DNA of 63,885 nucleotides, filler included, from Octopus bimaculoides (taxonomy: Eukaryota), in NCBI RefSeq assembly GCF_001194135.2. It is 9 parts of 6 records of this genome, joined end to end, with 100 filler letters (N's around TTAATTAATTAA, not from the genome) between each part and the next. Parts side by side here need not be neighbours in the genome. Positions count along the whole stretch, not along the records: positions 13,909 to 25,438 come from NC_069000.1; positions 25,539 to 31,387 come from NC_068998.1; positions 31,488 to 37,373 come from NC_068982.1; 6 more parts are not named here. One strand, 5' to 3'. Of this stretch, positions 22,775 through 35,604 are shown piece by piece. The translations under genes and the position numbers were made by a program. The first letter of the stretch is position 1; every line of letters begins with the position of its first letter. The notes beneath the pieces were generated by a model that saw only the letters and a program-made list of their open reading frames with translations, ran no database searches and was not told the origin of the DNA.

Positions 22775-23030
22775 CTTTTACTTGGTTTAGTCATTGGACT
22801 GCGACCATGCTGGGGCAACACCTTGAAGGGTTTAGTTGAACAAATCAACACCAGTATTTAATTTTAAAAAAAAATGGTACCTATTTCTATCGGTTCTATT
22901 TTGCAAAACCGCTAACTTACGGGAACGTAAACTAACCAACACCGGTTGTCCACCGTTGGTGGGGGACAAATATAGTACAAATACGAAGACATACACGTAA
23001 TGATAAATACATACATACATGATGACTGCC
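22775..23030 (-). mobile_element. SINE family B 3' half
   Basis: Family B tail and core on minus strand. Confidence 0.75.
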
Positions 23031-23479
23031 TCAATTATGTTAAATGATAGCCTTCTCGCATTATAGCGAGATATCTTTACGTCATTGGATTTAAGTGACA
23101 AAAGCTTGTACAACGCTTTAGCCATTCTCTCGACCACCATTTTAGGCTCCAGTGACAAGCATTGCAAGATGGCTGCTACTATTTTGAATGCAAGTTTTAT
23201 GCTAGAGTATTTTTCTTCTAGAAGAGCTGTCTTCCCCACAGCTTTGTCAAAAAATAACGGGACCATCCTCTACCCTTGGGAAAGCTATTTAATCCACAGA
23301 TGGGACTCCAACAGGTACTACCATTTAGGGTCAGAACGGCTTTGCTGTAATGGTAATTAAGGAGTGGCCGAAGGCTCCTCAGTTTCAGAAATATAACTTG
23401 AATGAAACAGGATAACAAAGGTATCATAAAGATGGACATCACATGGAGGAGCACCCAAACTATAAGCCACTTGAAATAT

Positions 23480-23645
23480 ATGTGTGTGTATGTCTTTGTG
23501 TTTGTGCTTGTCTCCCTACACTGCTTGCCAGCTGTTGTTGGTTTGTTTACGTCCCTGCAATCTAGCGGTTCGGCAAAGAGAGTGATAGGATAGTTACTAG
23601 ACTTAAAATGATAAGTACTGGAGTCGACTTGTTCGACTAAACCCT
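23480..23645 (+). mobile_element. SINE family B 3' part
   Basis: GTTTACGTCCC..GCGGTTCGGCAAA..TAAGTACTGGAGTCGACTTGTTCGACTAA. Confidence 0.7.
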
Positions 23646-23687
23646 TCAAGTCAAGGCGAAAAGATTACACAAACACACACATATATA

Positions 23688-23738
<51 letters not shown>

Positions 23739-24469
23739 NNNNNNNNNNNNNNNNNNNNNNNNNNNNNNNNNNNNNNNNNNNNNNNNNNNNNNNNNNNNNN
23801 NNNNNNNNNNNNNNNNNNNNNNNNNNNNNNNNNNNNNNNNNNNNNNNNNNNNNNNNNNNNNNNNNNNNNNNNNNNNNNNNNNNNNNNNNNNNNNNNNNNN
23901 NNNNNNNNNNNNNNNNNNNNNNNNNNNNNNNNNNNNNNNNNNNNNNNNNNNNNNNNNNNNNNNNNNNNNNNNNNNNNNNNNNNNNNNNNNNNNNNNNNNN
24001 NNNNNNNNNNNNNNNNNNNNNNNNNNNNNNNNNNNNNNNNNNNNNNNNNNNNNNNNNNNNNNNNNNNNNNNATATATATATATATATATAATACAGAATG
24101 GGACAAGAACGCAACACGTCAAGACAATTAGGTGATACAAGAAAGGGACAAAACATCCAGATAGACGATACAAAGAAAACATGGACAGGTCATTCGGAGT
24201 TTTCTCTCTTCAGTCGAGATTCAGATTATCCTTGCAATTTCGGCTGGTTATTCTCGATATTGCTCCAATCTGGCCAGCCCCCAAGGAGAAACTAAGCTAA
24301 GAGCATTATATTCCTTGGAAGAAAAACAGCGAATGTATACAAAAACAAGGACGGAAAAAACGGTCCCGTTATTATTCCTACTATATTTGTGTAACCTTTT
24401 TTTTACCTTTCTTGTCCCGAATAATGATGTTCTCCCTTAGATTTTTACACCTGTTGTATCGAGAACGAT

Positions 24470-24650
24470 GAAAACATTTTGAAAACTTTGCGTAGGCTTC
24501 TGAGCAGGTATCGCCAAGCTCTTGGCAAAATTTGATGCAGATTCTTTGCCCAGCTTTCTCTGTCATGGTCAATGCGACGATCACACGCTACACATGTTCC
24601 TTCCAAGCAGTGTTCTAAACAGCAGATGTGAGCCAGAGCGTTAGAAATTA
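24470..24650 (-). mobile_element. Mariner transposase 5' fragment
   Basis: MTEKAGQRICIKFCQELGDTCSEAYAK resembles the mariner N-terminal QRxCIKFC motif; abuts a SINE C copy. Confidence 0.75.
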
Positions 24651-24656
24651 GTGCGC

Positions 24657-24895
24657 AAGGCGGTGAGCTGGCAGAATCATTAGCACGCCGGGCGAAATGC
24701 TTAACGGTATTTCGTCTGCCGTTACGTTCTGAGTTCAAATTACGCCGAGGTCGACTTTGCCTTTCATCCTTTCGAGGTCGATAAATTAAGTACCAGTTAC
24801 GCACTGAAGTCGATGTAAATCGATTTAATTCCTTTGTCTGTCCTTGTTTTCCCCCTCTATGTTTAACCCTTTGCGGGCAATAAAGAAATAAGAAA
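24657..24895 (+). mobile_element. SINE family C, full length
   Basis: Colinear with 19949-20175. Confidence 0.9.
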
Positions 24896-25128
24896 TTAAT
24901 GCGCAAGTACAGCAGAGTTCAAAATCAATCTGTGCCAGACGGCTTCACTCTGTCTTCTTTAGCTCTGTTACTATGGCAACAGTCCAGATACATATTGCTC
25001 AGACCACGCATATGTATATATATACATCATTATGTGTACGTATAACAGAGTTGAACACAACCACATGCATTCAAGTATGTACACTTACATTAGAAAATAA
25101 AAAGTCCCTAACGTTAGTAAATACGTAT

Positions 25129-25438
25129 AAATGTTGTTGGCACTCCGTCGCTTACAACGTCGAGGGTTCCAGTTGATCCGATCACCGGAACAGCCTGCTC
25201 GTGAAATTAACGTGTAAGTGGCTGAGCACTCCACAGACACGTGCACCCTTAACGTAGTTCTCGGGGATATTCAGCGTGACACAGTGTGACAAGGCTGACC
25301 CTTTGAATTACAGGCACCACAGAAACAGGAAGTAAGAGTGAGAGAAAGTTGTGGTGAAAGAGTACAGCAGGGTTCACCACCATCCCCTGCCGGAGCCTCG
25401 TGGAGCTTTAGGTGTTTTCGCTCAATAAACACTCACAA
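25129..25438 (-). mobile_element. SINE family A, cut by linker
   Basis: Near-identical to 1618-1925. Confidence 0.9.
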
Positions 25439-25538
25439 NNNNNNNNNNNNNNNNNNNNNNNNNNNNNNNNNNNNNNNNNNNNTTAATTAATTAANNNNNN
25501 NNNNNNNNNNNNNNNNNNNNNNNNNNNNNNNNNNNNNN
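25439..25538. other. Artificial concatenation linker
   Basis: N44-TTAATTAATTAA-N44. Confidence 0.95.
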
Positions 25539-26224
25539 GTACATATGTATGTGTGTATGCATGAATGTATGTACGTATGTATGTATGCATGAATGTATAT
25601 ACGTACGTATGTATGTATGCATGAATGTATGTACGTATGTATGTATGCATGAATGTATGTACGTATGTATGTATGTGTGTGTATGTATGTAATTGTCATA
25701 TTATGATTGACATTCAAATAAACTAAAGTACTTATTCTCATTAACTTTGTCTGCCATGATGTCTACATCTGTGTTTCTCAGTTTCGGCTTATCACATCCC
25801 ATCTACAATATGGTTCTGCTAATCCAGCACTATTCATACCTGAGTTGTGACAGATTATCAAGTATGCCAGTGTGCTGGATCCCAGACTTAAAAATAAGAA
25901 TACAAAATCATGTTTCTTAACCAGGTCAGCAAATATATAACAAATACTTCATCAGTAACCCATCATGTATATATACATGATGGGCTTCATCTCATCCTAT
26001 GATGGAATCAATTTACTAACATTATTATGGACTGTCAAGCCTCCAGAAACAGCTGTTGGATTTGTAATACTTTTCCTCCACTCCTCTAATTCTCTATTTT
26101 ATTTGCATTCTGTGTAAGCTGGACCTTTTTATATGTGTACATATATACACATTTCTTTTGTTTTTCATGTATTTAATATACTTTATATATATTGATCTGT
26201 CTAATTTGCTTATCAGTAATTTCA

Positions 26225-26273
<49 letters not shown>

Positions 26274-27418
26274 CAAAGGAATTCCAACTCTGTCTGTTTT
26301 TTTATGTTTTATTTATATTCTTATAAAATTAATGTAGGATATAGAATATGGGATATATAGTATATATAGTAAAATGAAATGAAGTATTGAATGTCTTATT
26401 GAATAAATGAAATATTGATGTATATATATGTGTGTGTTTTGTTTGTTCCCCACAACTGCTCAACAACTATCGTTGGTGTGTCTATATCCCTATAACCTAG
26501 AAATTCAACAACAGTGACTGATAGAATAGGCACCAGATTTTTTAAAAATGTCCTGGGGTCGTTTCACTTGATAAAAAAATTCCACAAAGCACCAACCACC
26601 CCAACATGACTGTAGTCTAAGATTGAAACAAATGAATGATAAAACGAAAATTAAGTTTACTACAACTGCCATGTTGTATTTCAAAATGTCTACACCATCC
26701 TTCTGAAAGCACATAAGTCTTCAACATAACTATGTTGCTGCAGAATTGCATGGCATATTTAATTTTTATCAGTCCTGAAATTAATATACACACTGATCTA
26801 TTTTCATGAAACCTCTTAAACATTAACACTGCATCTTATGCTGTAACTCTTAATTTTCAATTTACTATTTGCTAGACATCAACTGTTAGCTGTCTTTGAA
26901 TCAGTCATAAATTGCATTAACTTTTGTTTCTTAATGTCATTAATTTCTTAAAGAACTTACATTCATGTACAATAGTGCAACAGTTTTCATCTCTTTCAAA
27001 TGCTGTATTGTTTCAAGTTCCTGATAGAACCTGCTTTTCCCAATTTGGCATCCCCTTTTAAGATTGACTTCAAATTTTGGCAAAAGGCCAGCTATTTTTG
27101 GAGAGAAACTGATAGTTATTTTATACATCCTGAAAGAATGAAAGGTGAAGTGGACATCAGTGGCATTCAAACTCAGAATGTAAAGACAGACGAAATGCTG
27201 TTAAGCATTTTACAAGTCATGCTAATGATTCTGCAAGCTCACTGACTTAATAATAATAATAATAATTTCAAATTTTGCCATAAGGGCAGTCTTTTTGGTG
27301 GGGAAGAGATACGCCGATTACGTAAACCCCAGTGTTCATGAGAAACCACACAGTCATTTTATCATTGGCGTAGTCATTTTATTATTAGGTAAGTTGCTAG
27401 AAATTTAGCAGGACAAAA

Positions 27419-27787
27419 AATATTCTTTTCGACTCTAGGCACAAGGCCTGAAATCTTAGGGGAGGAGGCCAGTCGATTAGATTGAACCCAGTACGCAAAT
27501 GGTATTTAATTTATTGACCCAGAAAGGATGAAAGGCAAAGTCAACCATGGTGGAAGTTGAACTCAGAACGTAAAAACAGACGAAGAATATTCTTTTCTAC
27601 TCGAGGCACAAGGCCTGAAATTTTGCGGGAGGAGACCAGTCAATTAGATTGACCCCAGTACGCAACTGGTATTTAATTTATTGACCCAGAAAGGATGAAA
27701 GGCAAAGTCGACCTTGGCAGAATTTGAACTCAGAACGTAAAGACAGATGAAATACCACTAAGCATTTCGCCTGGCATGCTAACGTTT
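27419..27787 (-). mobile_element. Tandem SINE family C (full copy plus 5'-truncated copy)
   Basis: Units starting AATATTCTTTTC at ~27419 and ~27586; another diverged copy at 27060-27249. Confidence 0.85.
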
Positions 27788-28068
27788 CTGCCAGCTCGCC
27801 ACCTTAAGGCAAAAAATAAAAGCAGGCAAAAAGTTGGATAAACCCAGCTTGGTGTCATTGAAAATGTGTTATTTGTGCATAAGAGACTGCTGGTGATACA
27901 ATAACCTGCTGGTATGGCATTTACTGTGGATTTAAATGCTAGGTTGGTGTAAGATGTAGCTCCCCTCATAATTGTTCATTAGTTTTGGCTGATAAATTAA
28001 TTACCTGGAATATAGAAGACTCTTGTCAGAAAACCTTAGTCTATCTCTCTCTCTCTCTCTCTCTCCCC

Positions 28069-28136
<68 letters not shown>

Positions 28137-28832
28137 AACATGTCTGTTGCATATGTTTGTTTTTGTGAAAAAGCCCCACTTCCTCACATAACGTATATGT
28201 ATATAACCATGTTGTATACATGTGTGTCTAATGTGTGTGTGTGTGTGTGTGTATACACACACGCACATAGATATGTATATGTGAGTGTGTGTATACATAT
28301 AAATATCTTTATATTCCTGTATGTGTTTGTATGTGTGTATGTTTACACACACACACACACACACCCACACACACACACACAAACATAGAAATATTCATGT
28401 CTGTATTTGGGTACATAGTAAATGAAGCCACGTGCAGAGGGGAAAAAATATATAATGTAAGGAAATATAACATCGAACCTCTTCTAACCTCTGGGTAGTT
28501 TTCTGTAGCTGACAAATCTAAGAGAAAGCTCTTTTTTTTTATAAAACCTCCAACTTGAAGCTTCAGTCTTTTTCAGTCATTTTCATCTTGCTTGTCACAG
28601 GATTTTCATATTTGTTACATAAGAATCTGTTACATTAATCCTATAAATTACAGGAGATTTGTCTGAGACAGCTCCCATTTTACAAGATGAAGTAATCATA
28701 ATCTATGTGTGTTTATTATGCATTTGTTAACAGTTAGACGTAGAGAGTCGTCTTGGCTGCATGCAATGTTTCAGTGATTCATAGAAATAGCCATGATCTC
28801 TCTGTGAAGAACAGTCAATCGATCACAATTAA

Positions 28833-29020
28833 CCCTTTAGATACTAACCTTCCTGTTTTAAAGTGGTCTAAATTAAAACCTTCCCAAAAAAATTCTGGTT
28901 AATTAATGTTCCAAACAACACTATAATGAATGTGAAGTTCTTTTATTCAATTCTTCATTATTATCGAAATCAATCCAAACAAAAACAGTGAACTGCAACA
29001 GAAATTTGGTAACAAAAGAG
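28833..29020. mobile_element. piggyBac-type MITE
   Basis: TTAA on both sides (28829-28832, 29021-29024); TIRs CCCTTTAGATACTAA / CTCTTTTGTTACCAA. Confidence 0.7.
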
Positions 29021-29117
29021 TTAATACAGTAACCTTGGGAAAGGTATGAATATCATACAGACCTCTTTTCTATTATTAATCTTTCTTTTTGCATAAAACT
29101 CAAGTCTTTCTTTTTAC

Positions 29118-29188
29118 TTGTTATTTTATTAATGGCTTTCTTTGGAGAGAGATGTGGTATGCCTATGGCCTTCACAGGCTCTTCAAAA
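29118..29188 (-). CDS. Candidate 71-nt exon, unknown gene
   Basis: Very strong acceptor GATTTTTTTTTATCTCAG, donor GTAAAA; single open frame FEEPVKAIGIPHLSPKKAINKIT. Confidence 0.3.
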
Positions 29189-29400
29189 CTGAGATAAAAA
29201 AAATCAATATTGCTAATAGCAGAGTACGCATTTATAGAACAAGCAGTAAGCTTTCAGTGGACTAGCTTTAACTCCCTGATGCAGTAAACTCACTTCACTT
29301 TTATGACTAACATTGTTGGATGACATATAAGCATCGCATAGTTATCTTCACAACTTTAATATACAGCACATTAATACCAAAAGTTTGGTGTAGTAGCTGA

Positions 29401-29443
<43 letters not shown>

Positions 29444-29445
<2 letters not shown>

Positions 29446-29825
29446 GAGTGAGAGAGCAGTACATGCCATCAAAGTGACACGAGAATACAAATGTACGAAG
29501 CCCAGTATACTCATCATGACTACCTGTCCGATAAGGGTATAATAAGGGTATACCAGGCACATGCATCACAACCATATGTGCATGACCTTGCAGGTGGGGC
29601 CCAGTTAGAATTTTCTTCAGGTCAAGTAACCCCTCCTACTCAAAAGATCCTTGAATAAAGGTTGTTTAAGGATGTTGAATGAAACACCCATGCTTCCAGA
29701 GGTGAATTACCCAAACCTGAAAGAATTCCTCTCAACACATGGCTATGATGCTCCCCCACTACTTCTGCTCATGATCAGAGATGCACATATCGTCAGCCAC
29801 CAAGGGACATAATCAACTGGTTAAG
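29444..29825 (-). mobile_element. Interspersed repeat family D with (AAT)n tail
   Basis: Reverse complement of 62775-63385; ends CTCTCTCACTC(AAT)n. Confidence 0.75.
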
Positions 29826-30030
29826 CCAGGTGGCAAGCTGGCAGAAACGTTAACACGTCGGGCAAAATGCTTATCAGTATTTCGTCTGTCTTTACCTTCT
29901 GAGTTTCATCCATCTCTATGTTCTGAGTTCAAATCCTGCTGAGGTCGACTTTTGCCTTTCATTCTTTTGGGGTTGATAAAATAAATACCAGTAGAATACT
30001 GGGATCAATGCAATTGACTAACACCCTCCC
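29826..30030 (+). mobile_element. SINE family C, diverged
   Basis: GGTGGCAAGCTGGCAGAAACGTTAAC head, GAGTTCAAATCC box, partial internal duplication. Confidence 0.75.
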
Positions 30031-30049
30031 TGATTTTCATTCTTATACA

Positions 30050-30562
30050 CCGTCATCATAACCATCGTCATCTTATTGCTGTCAACATAATCATCATGCT
30101 CTTGTCATTGGCTCAACTGGTGCTATCATCAACAGAAGTATTGCTGTCATCAACATCATCATCATCATTATCGTCGTCATCATCATCAACATCATTGCTA
30201 TCATAATCATCAAAACTGGTGCTCTAATCATAATCCTGACCATCGTCATCCTCCTCCTCGTTAGCATCATCGTCATCGTCATCATAAGTGTCGTCGTCAT
30301 CGACGACGTCATCGTTGTCATAATCATCATCAAAATCACCATGATGTTCTTGTCTTTGTCATCAACAGAAGTAATAGTCTCCATCATCATCATCATCATC
30401 CTCATCATCAGAATGTTCTTATCATGTGTAGAATAGGAATCATTATCATCACTATTGGCATCACCATCATCATCATCATCATTGCCGTTATTTTTGTTGT
30501 AATCCTCTTGTTGTTGTCCTCAACAGAAGAGGTGCTGTCATCATCATCATCATCATCATCAT
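30050..30562. repeat. Cryptic (CAT)n repeat with recurring subunit
   Basis: Degenerate ATC triplets with repeated TCA(T/A)CAACAGAAG. Confidence 0.8.
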
Positions 30563-30957
30563 CACCGCAAATCATGTTTCTTTCCGAACAATGGCCCTTG
30601 TTCTTGTTACTACACTGTAATCCTTTGACCAACTCAGCCTCTTACAGCATAATCATCCGCAGCAGTAACAAGCCGTAATGTTACCGTGGCATGTCAATAC
30701 CGTCAATCTTAAGCCTTACTGTCAATTTCTGTTCCAAAACCATAATGCTTTCTGAATACTTGCCACACTATAAACAGACATGTGTGTATGTATGTATGTA
30801 TGTATGTATGTATGTATGTGTGTGTACATGTGCATGTGTGTGTGTGAGTGTACGTGTATACATTTGTATGTGTGTCTGTTATGTATGTATATATTCATGT
30901 ATGCATGTTATTTTGGTTTTATGGTTTTTATTTAACATATATATATATATACACACA

Positions 30958-31011
<54 letters not shown>

Positions 31012-31387
31012 CACATAATGTAAATGGTATTGTAAAAGTGGCAGAATTGTTAGACTTTAGTATAGACTGCACCTGAATGCTTGTTCCATTGTTTCAGCTC
31101 TCCAAGCACTGTGTTCAAATTCTGCTGAAGCCAGTTTTCCTTTTCATCCTTTTAGTGTTTCATAAATAAAAGCACCAGCCCCCGCCACTCCCCCTGCAGC
31201 TGTAACATCTCAAATGCTCAGCTCAATCAAAGATAAGAGGGTTGAGTAAGTATCTGTCTACTCACAATTTCATGGGCATCAAACATCGTTAATGAACACC
31301 AAGTCATCTTCAAATCAGTTGTGACATGAGACTATGGAACCAATATGTATAATATATATATCATATATACATGCCTATAAATATATA

Positions 31388-31487
31388 NNNNNNNNNNNNN
31401 NNNNNNNNNNNNNNNNNNNNNNNNNNNNNNNTTAATTAATTAANNNNNNNNNNNNNNNNNNNNNNNNNNNNNNNNNNNNNNNNNNNN
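31388..31487. other. Artificial concatenation linker
   Basis: N44-TTAATTAATTAA-N44. Confidence 0.95.
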
Positions 31488-31538
<51 letters not shown>

Positions 31539-31887
31539 ATATATACATACACAACATTTTGAAAACTAGATTAGTGGGGAGCAATATGTACAGTGATGTG
31601 TATGTAATAGTGAATTAGAATATGTAAAGAAATCAAAGTTTGTTATGCATGCTTCGAAAGCTGAACAGTTATCTCCCGTGGCAACAATAATAATGATAAC
31701 AAATTACTTCAACTTAGATTTTTCTACTTGTTGAATCATTCACTGATAAATTTCACACACAACATGACCCAAAAATTCCTTGTAAAGAAATTATGTATTT
31801 AAATAAAGGTCGACAAACACAATCCAAGATATATTCAAAATTATATTAAAACTATGTAAAGTGTAAACTCTTTTTGAAATTTCTCTC

Positions 31888-31923
<36 letters not shown>

Positions 31924-32856
31924 TGCAATCTACGCATAGCCATACCTGCATATTGAAGCGAAAGTCTATTTGATAGCATTTTGTTCTTTAACTCAGATAA
32001 ATTTACAAGTACAATTAATGATGAAAACAAACAGGTAAATAATTTCTATTTTCACTTTTTAATGATACTTACACACGAATTGCGAATTTCTGAAAAAAAA
32101 AATACCGACGCGCTTAGTGATTCAATAAGTTTCTCATATATTGTATAGAGAATTATATTAGCAGGATATAAGTAACTGTATATGTTATGCTTCCAATAAT
32201 ATTTTAAACACTTGAAAATAGTGTTTGCTATTGAGCATTATTTCATCTCTTATAGGCTAGACGTATGATTGAAATGATACACCACATCCTGTATTTGAAG
32301 GACGCAGCCCTGTTTGACATTAATAAATATTGGTTACTATTTCAGGAGAGTGAATTTGCTAAGTCAATAATAATAATAAGTATTTCCAATTGTTTGTCTA
32401 TGTTATATCAAAACATGTAGTAATTAGAGAGTTGTTGCAATATGCTACAACTTCATCTTACGAACACACGTTACAACAGTGAGGTCAGTTAGTTTCGCAA
32501 CAGTAAAGTCAAGTTCATGCGTATAGTAAATGTTACAGTGAAGCATAATATATAGACATTTTAAAAGGTAAAGGATTTGTTCTGACGCAGTGACAAAGAG
32601 TTCAAATTCAAATCGACATTTTGTTATTAAGAAGTCAACGATTCGTTGCATATTTTAACAGACCATTTAGAAAATAGACTTCATGTTTTTTTTTTCTTAC
32701 AATCAATGTAATACATTCTAATATAAAGCATATCTTTGTCCATTTTTCTTTAATTCTAGATATGTACCGTTTTTTTTTCTCAATACACAAAAAAACACAC
32801 ACACAAAATCATGCATAAATGAATATGCACATATATTAGTATTCTTATTATTACTA

Positions 32857-32902
<46 letters not shown>

Positions 32903-32915
32903 AATTATTATTATA

Positions 32916-32949
<34 letters not shown>

Positions 32950-32957
32950 GTATCATA

Positions 32958-33089
32958 GGCGCAGGAGTGGATGTGTATTAAGTAGCTTGCTTTCCAACCA
33001 CATGAGTAAGTGTCTCCTACTATAGCGTCGGGCCGACCAAACTTTTGTGGCTGGATTTGGTACACGAAAACTGAAAGGAGCTCATCGTG

Positions 33090-33150
<61 letters not shown>

Positions 33151-33410
33151 GTATATATATGTACGTATGTATTTATGTATGTATATGTGTGTATATGGTT
33201 GTGTGTCAGTGTTTGTCCCCCAAAATCATCGCTTGACATCCGATGCTGGTGTGTTTACGACACCCGTGATGTAGCAGTTCGGCAAAAGAGACCTATAGAT
33301 TAAGTACTAAGCTCACAACGAATAAGCCCTGGGGTCGATTTGCTCGACTAAAGGTGTTGCTCCAGCATGGCCGCATTCAAATAACTGAAACGAATAAAAG
33401 AATAAAAGAA
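32958..33410 (+). mobile_element. SINE family B between two (TAT)n arrays
   Basis: GGCGCAGGAGTGG head, expanded internal CA/TA tract, AATAAAAG tail. Confidence 0.85.
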
Positions 33411-33443
33411 ATATCATTATCATTATTATTATTATCAATATTA

Positions 33444-33499
<56 letters not shown>

Positions 33500-33501
33500 T
33501 T

Positions 33502-34914
33502 ATGTTTGACTTTTGTTTTGCATTTGTACAAGTTGGATCCAAGTCTCACCCAGAGACTTCAAGAGACAACCAGTTAGAAGTTCATGTAGGTGTTATGCCT
33601 AGGGTACCATATATTTGGATTTGTACAGTTTTGTTGTAGTGAATGTTTAAGAAACCATAAGGAAATTATGTGTTCGTTTTAAGATTTGAGATCACATAGA
33701 CAGTATTTTACGTAGGATATGGGCAGTTCCCATGAGCACTATCTTTTCAACTTCAGCCATTTTGGGGTTTCCTGGTATCTGAGCTAGGTAGTAATCAGCC
33801 CGTTTCGTTGTCATTCCCAGGGCACCTATGACAATAGGTATTGTTTTCGTCTTCAGATTCCACATTTTGCTAATTTCTATTTCAAGATCTTTATATTTGC
33901 TCAGTTTTTGGTAGGTCTTGACAGATACGTTTATATCGATTGGGACAGTCATATCAATGAGGAGGCATTATTTTTGTCTGAAGTCTTTCAGTATGATTTC
34001 TGNNNNNNNNNNNNNNNNNNNNNNNNNNNNNNNNNNNNNNNNNNNNNNNNNNNNNNNNNNNNNNNNNNNNNNNNNNNNNNNNNNNNNNNNNNNNNNNNNN
34101 NNNNNNNNNNNNNNNNNNNNNNNNNNNNNNNNNNNNNNNNNNNNNNNNNNNNNNNNNNNNNNNNNNNNNNNNNNNNNNNNNNNNNNNNNNNNNNNNNNNN
34201 NNNNNNNNNNNNNNNNNNNNNNNNNNNNNNNNNNNNNNNNNNNNNNNNNNNNNNNNNNNNNNNNNNNNNNNNNNNNNNNNNNNNNNNNNNNNNNNNNNNN
34301 NNNNNNNNNNNNNNNNNNNNNNNNNNNNNNNNNNNNNNNNNNNNNNNNNNNNNNNNNNNNNNNNNNNNNNNNNNNNNNNNNNNNNNNNNNNNNNNNNNNN
34401 NNNNNNNNNNNNNNNNNNNNNNNNNNNNNNNNNNNNNNNNNNNNNNNNNNNNNNNNNNNNNNNNNNNNNNNNNNNNNNNNNNNNNNNNNNNNNNNNNNNN
34501 NNNNNNNNNNNNNNNNNNNNNNNNNNNNNNNNNNNNNNNNNNNNNNNNNNNNNNNNNNNNNNNNNNNNNNNNNNNNNNNNNNNNNNNNNNNNNNNNNNNN
34601 NNNNNNNNNNNNNNNNNNNNNNNNNNNNNNNNNNNNNNNNNNNNNNNNNNNNNNNNNNNNNNNNNNNNNNNNNNNNNNNNNNNNNNNNNNNNNNNNNNNN
34701 NGCTGTAGAAGTCCTCGACCTCCCTCTTTTCTTGGCAGATAAAGACGTTCTATATCTGCCTTAGGGTGCTGCATTCTATGCGTTGTCAACAGTTTTCGTA
34801 TTTTTCTGTCAACATTACATATTTCAGTAATTGACCAGATAACGATATTGAAACTATAAGTCTCGACTGGTATGGCTAGAGCATTCATCGCTTCGATCCT
34901 GTTTCTCGCGTTCN
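33502..34914 (-). mobile_element. Dong/R4-clade LINE 3' portion with restriction-like endonuclease
   Basis: NARNRIEAMNALAIPVETYSF..HPKADIERLYLPRKEGGRGLLQ; then IILKD..CLLIDMTVPIDINVSVKTYQKLSKYKDLEIEISKMW..IVIGALG; 3' UTR runs straight into (TAA)n. Confidence 0.9.
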
Positions 34915-35074
34915 NNNNNNNNNNNNNNNNNNNNNNNNNNNNNNNNNNNNNNNNNNNNNNNNNNNNNNNNNNNNNNNNNNNNNNNNNNNNNNNNNNNNNN
35001 NNNNNNNNNNNNNTCCATCTCTTGCCGAATGTTTTCCTGACACCTAGGGCAGAGAAACGCACTGTATGCATGAG

Positions 35075-35600
35075 TAGGCCATTAAAATAAACGCACCAAA
35101 TTGTCCATTTACAAAGTCATGTGACAGAGAAAAAGGGGAAGAAAACAGAGAGATAAAATTCTAAAAATAAAAAAATGGAAAGTAAACAAAGAGAATAAAG
35201 CAGGAAAAGGGAAATAAAATTCACAGCGACAATGCTCTTCTGAATACATGTGACGTACCAATTAATACAATCTTTTCCACTTCCTGTATGAATGGTAAAC
35301 CGGGGATCATTCTTAAATAATTTTCATTCGTTTGTTGATCATTCCAAGTGATCTTACAATCACATGTATTGCAACCGTCTTGAGATGCCACATATTTTCG
35401 ATTTCGATGAGCAAAACTTTATATATTCTGAGCTTATCAAATACTTTTGCCGAGATATTATGGTCACAAGGTATGCTAATGTTAATCAATAAACATACTT
35501 TATAGTTTTCGCCTTTCACATCAAGATCAGCTTTGTTTGCTTTAATTGCCGGATCTGGGAAGACCGCAAGAATAGTTACATTTTCTCCCTCAGCCACAGG
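35075..35600 (-). mobile_element. Second Dong/R4-like endonuclease fragment (older subfamily)
   Basis: CLLINISIPCDHNISAKVFDKLRIYKVLLIEIENMWHLKT..IPGLPFIQEVEKIVLIGTSHVFRRALSL* parallels the copy at 33692-33952. Confidence 0.8.
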
Positions 35601-35604
35601 GACC

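Noticed and set aside
23215-23250. AVGKTALL as a small-GTPase P-loop
   Set aside because: Lacks the preceding GxxG context and downstream G2-G4 motifs.
24183-24220. Minus CTGAAGA-GAG(AAAA)CTC-CGAAT..GTC hammerhead-like motif
   Set aside because: GAAA core is broken (GAAT) and stem I does not pair.
30094-30678. Met-, Asp- or Ile-rich ORFs as a biomineral or acidic protein
   Set aside because: All frames derive from the CAT repeat; the Asp frame is repeatedly frameshifted.
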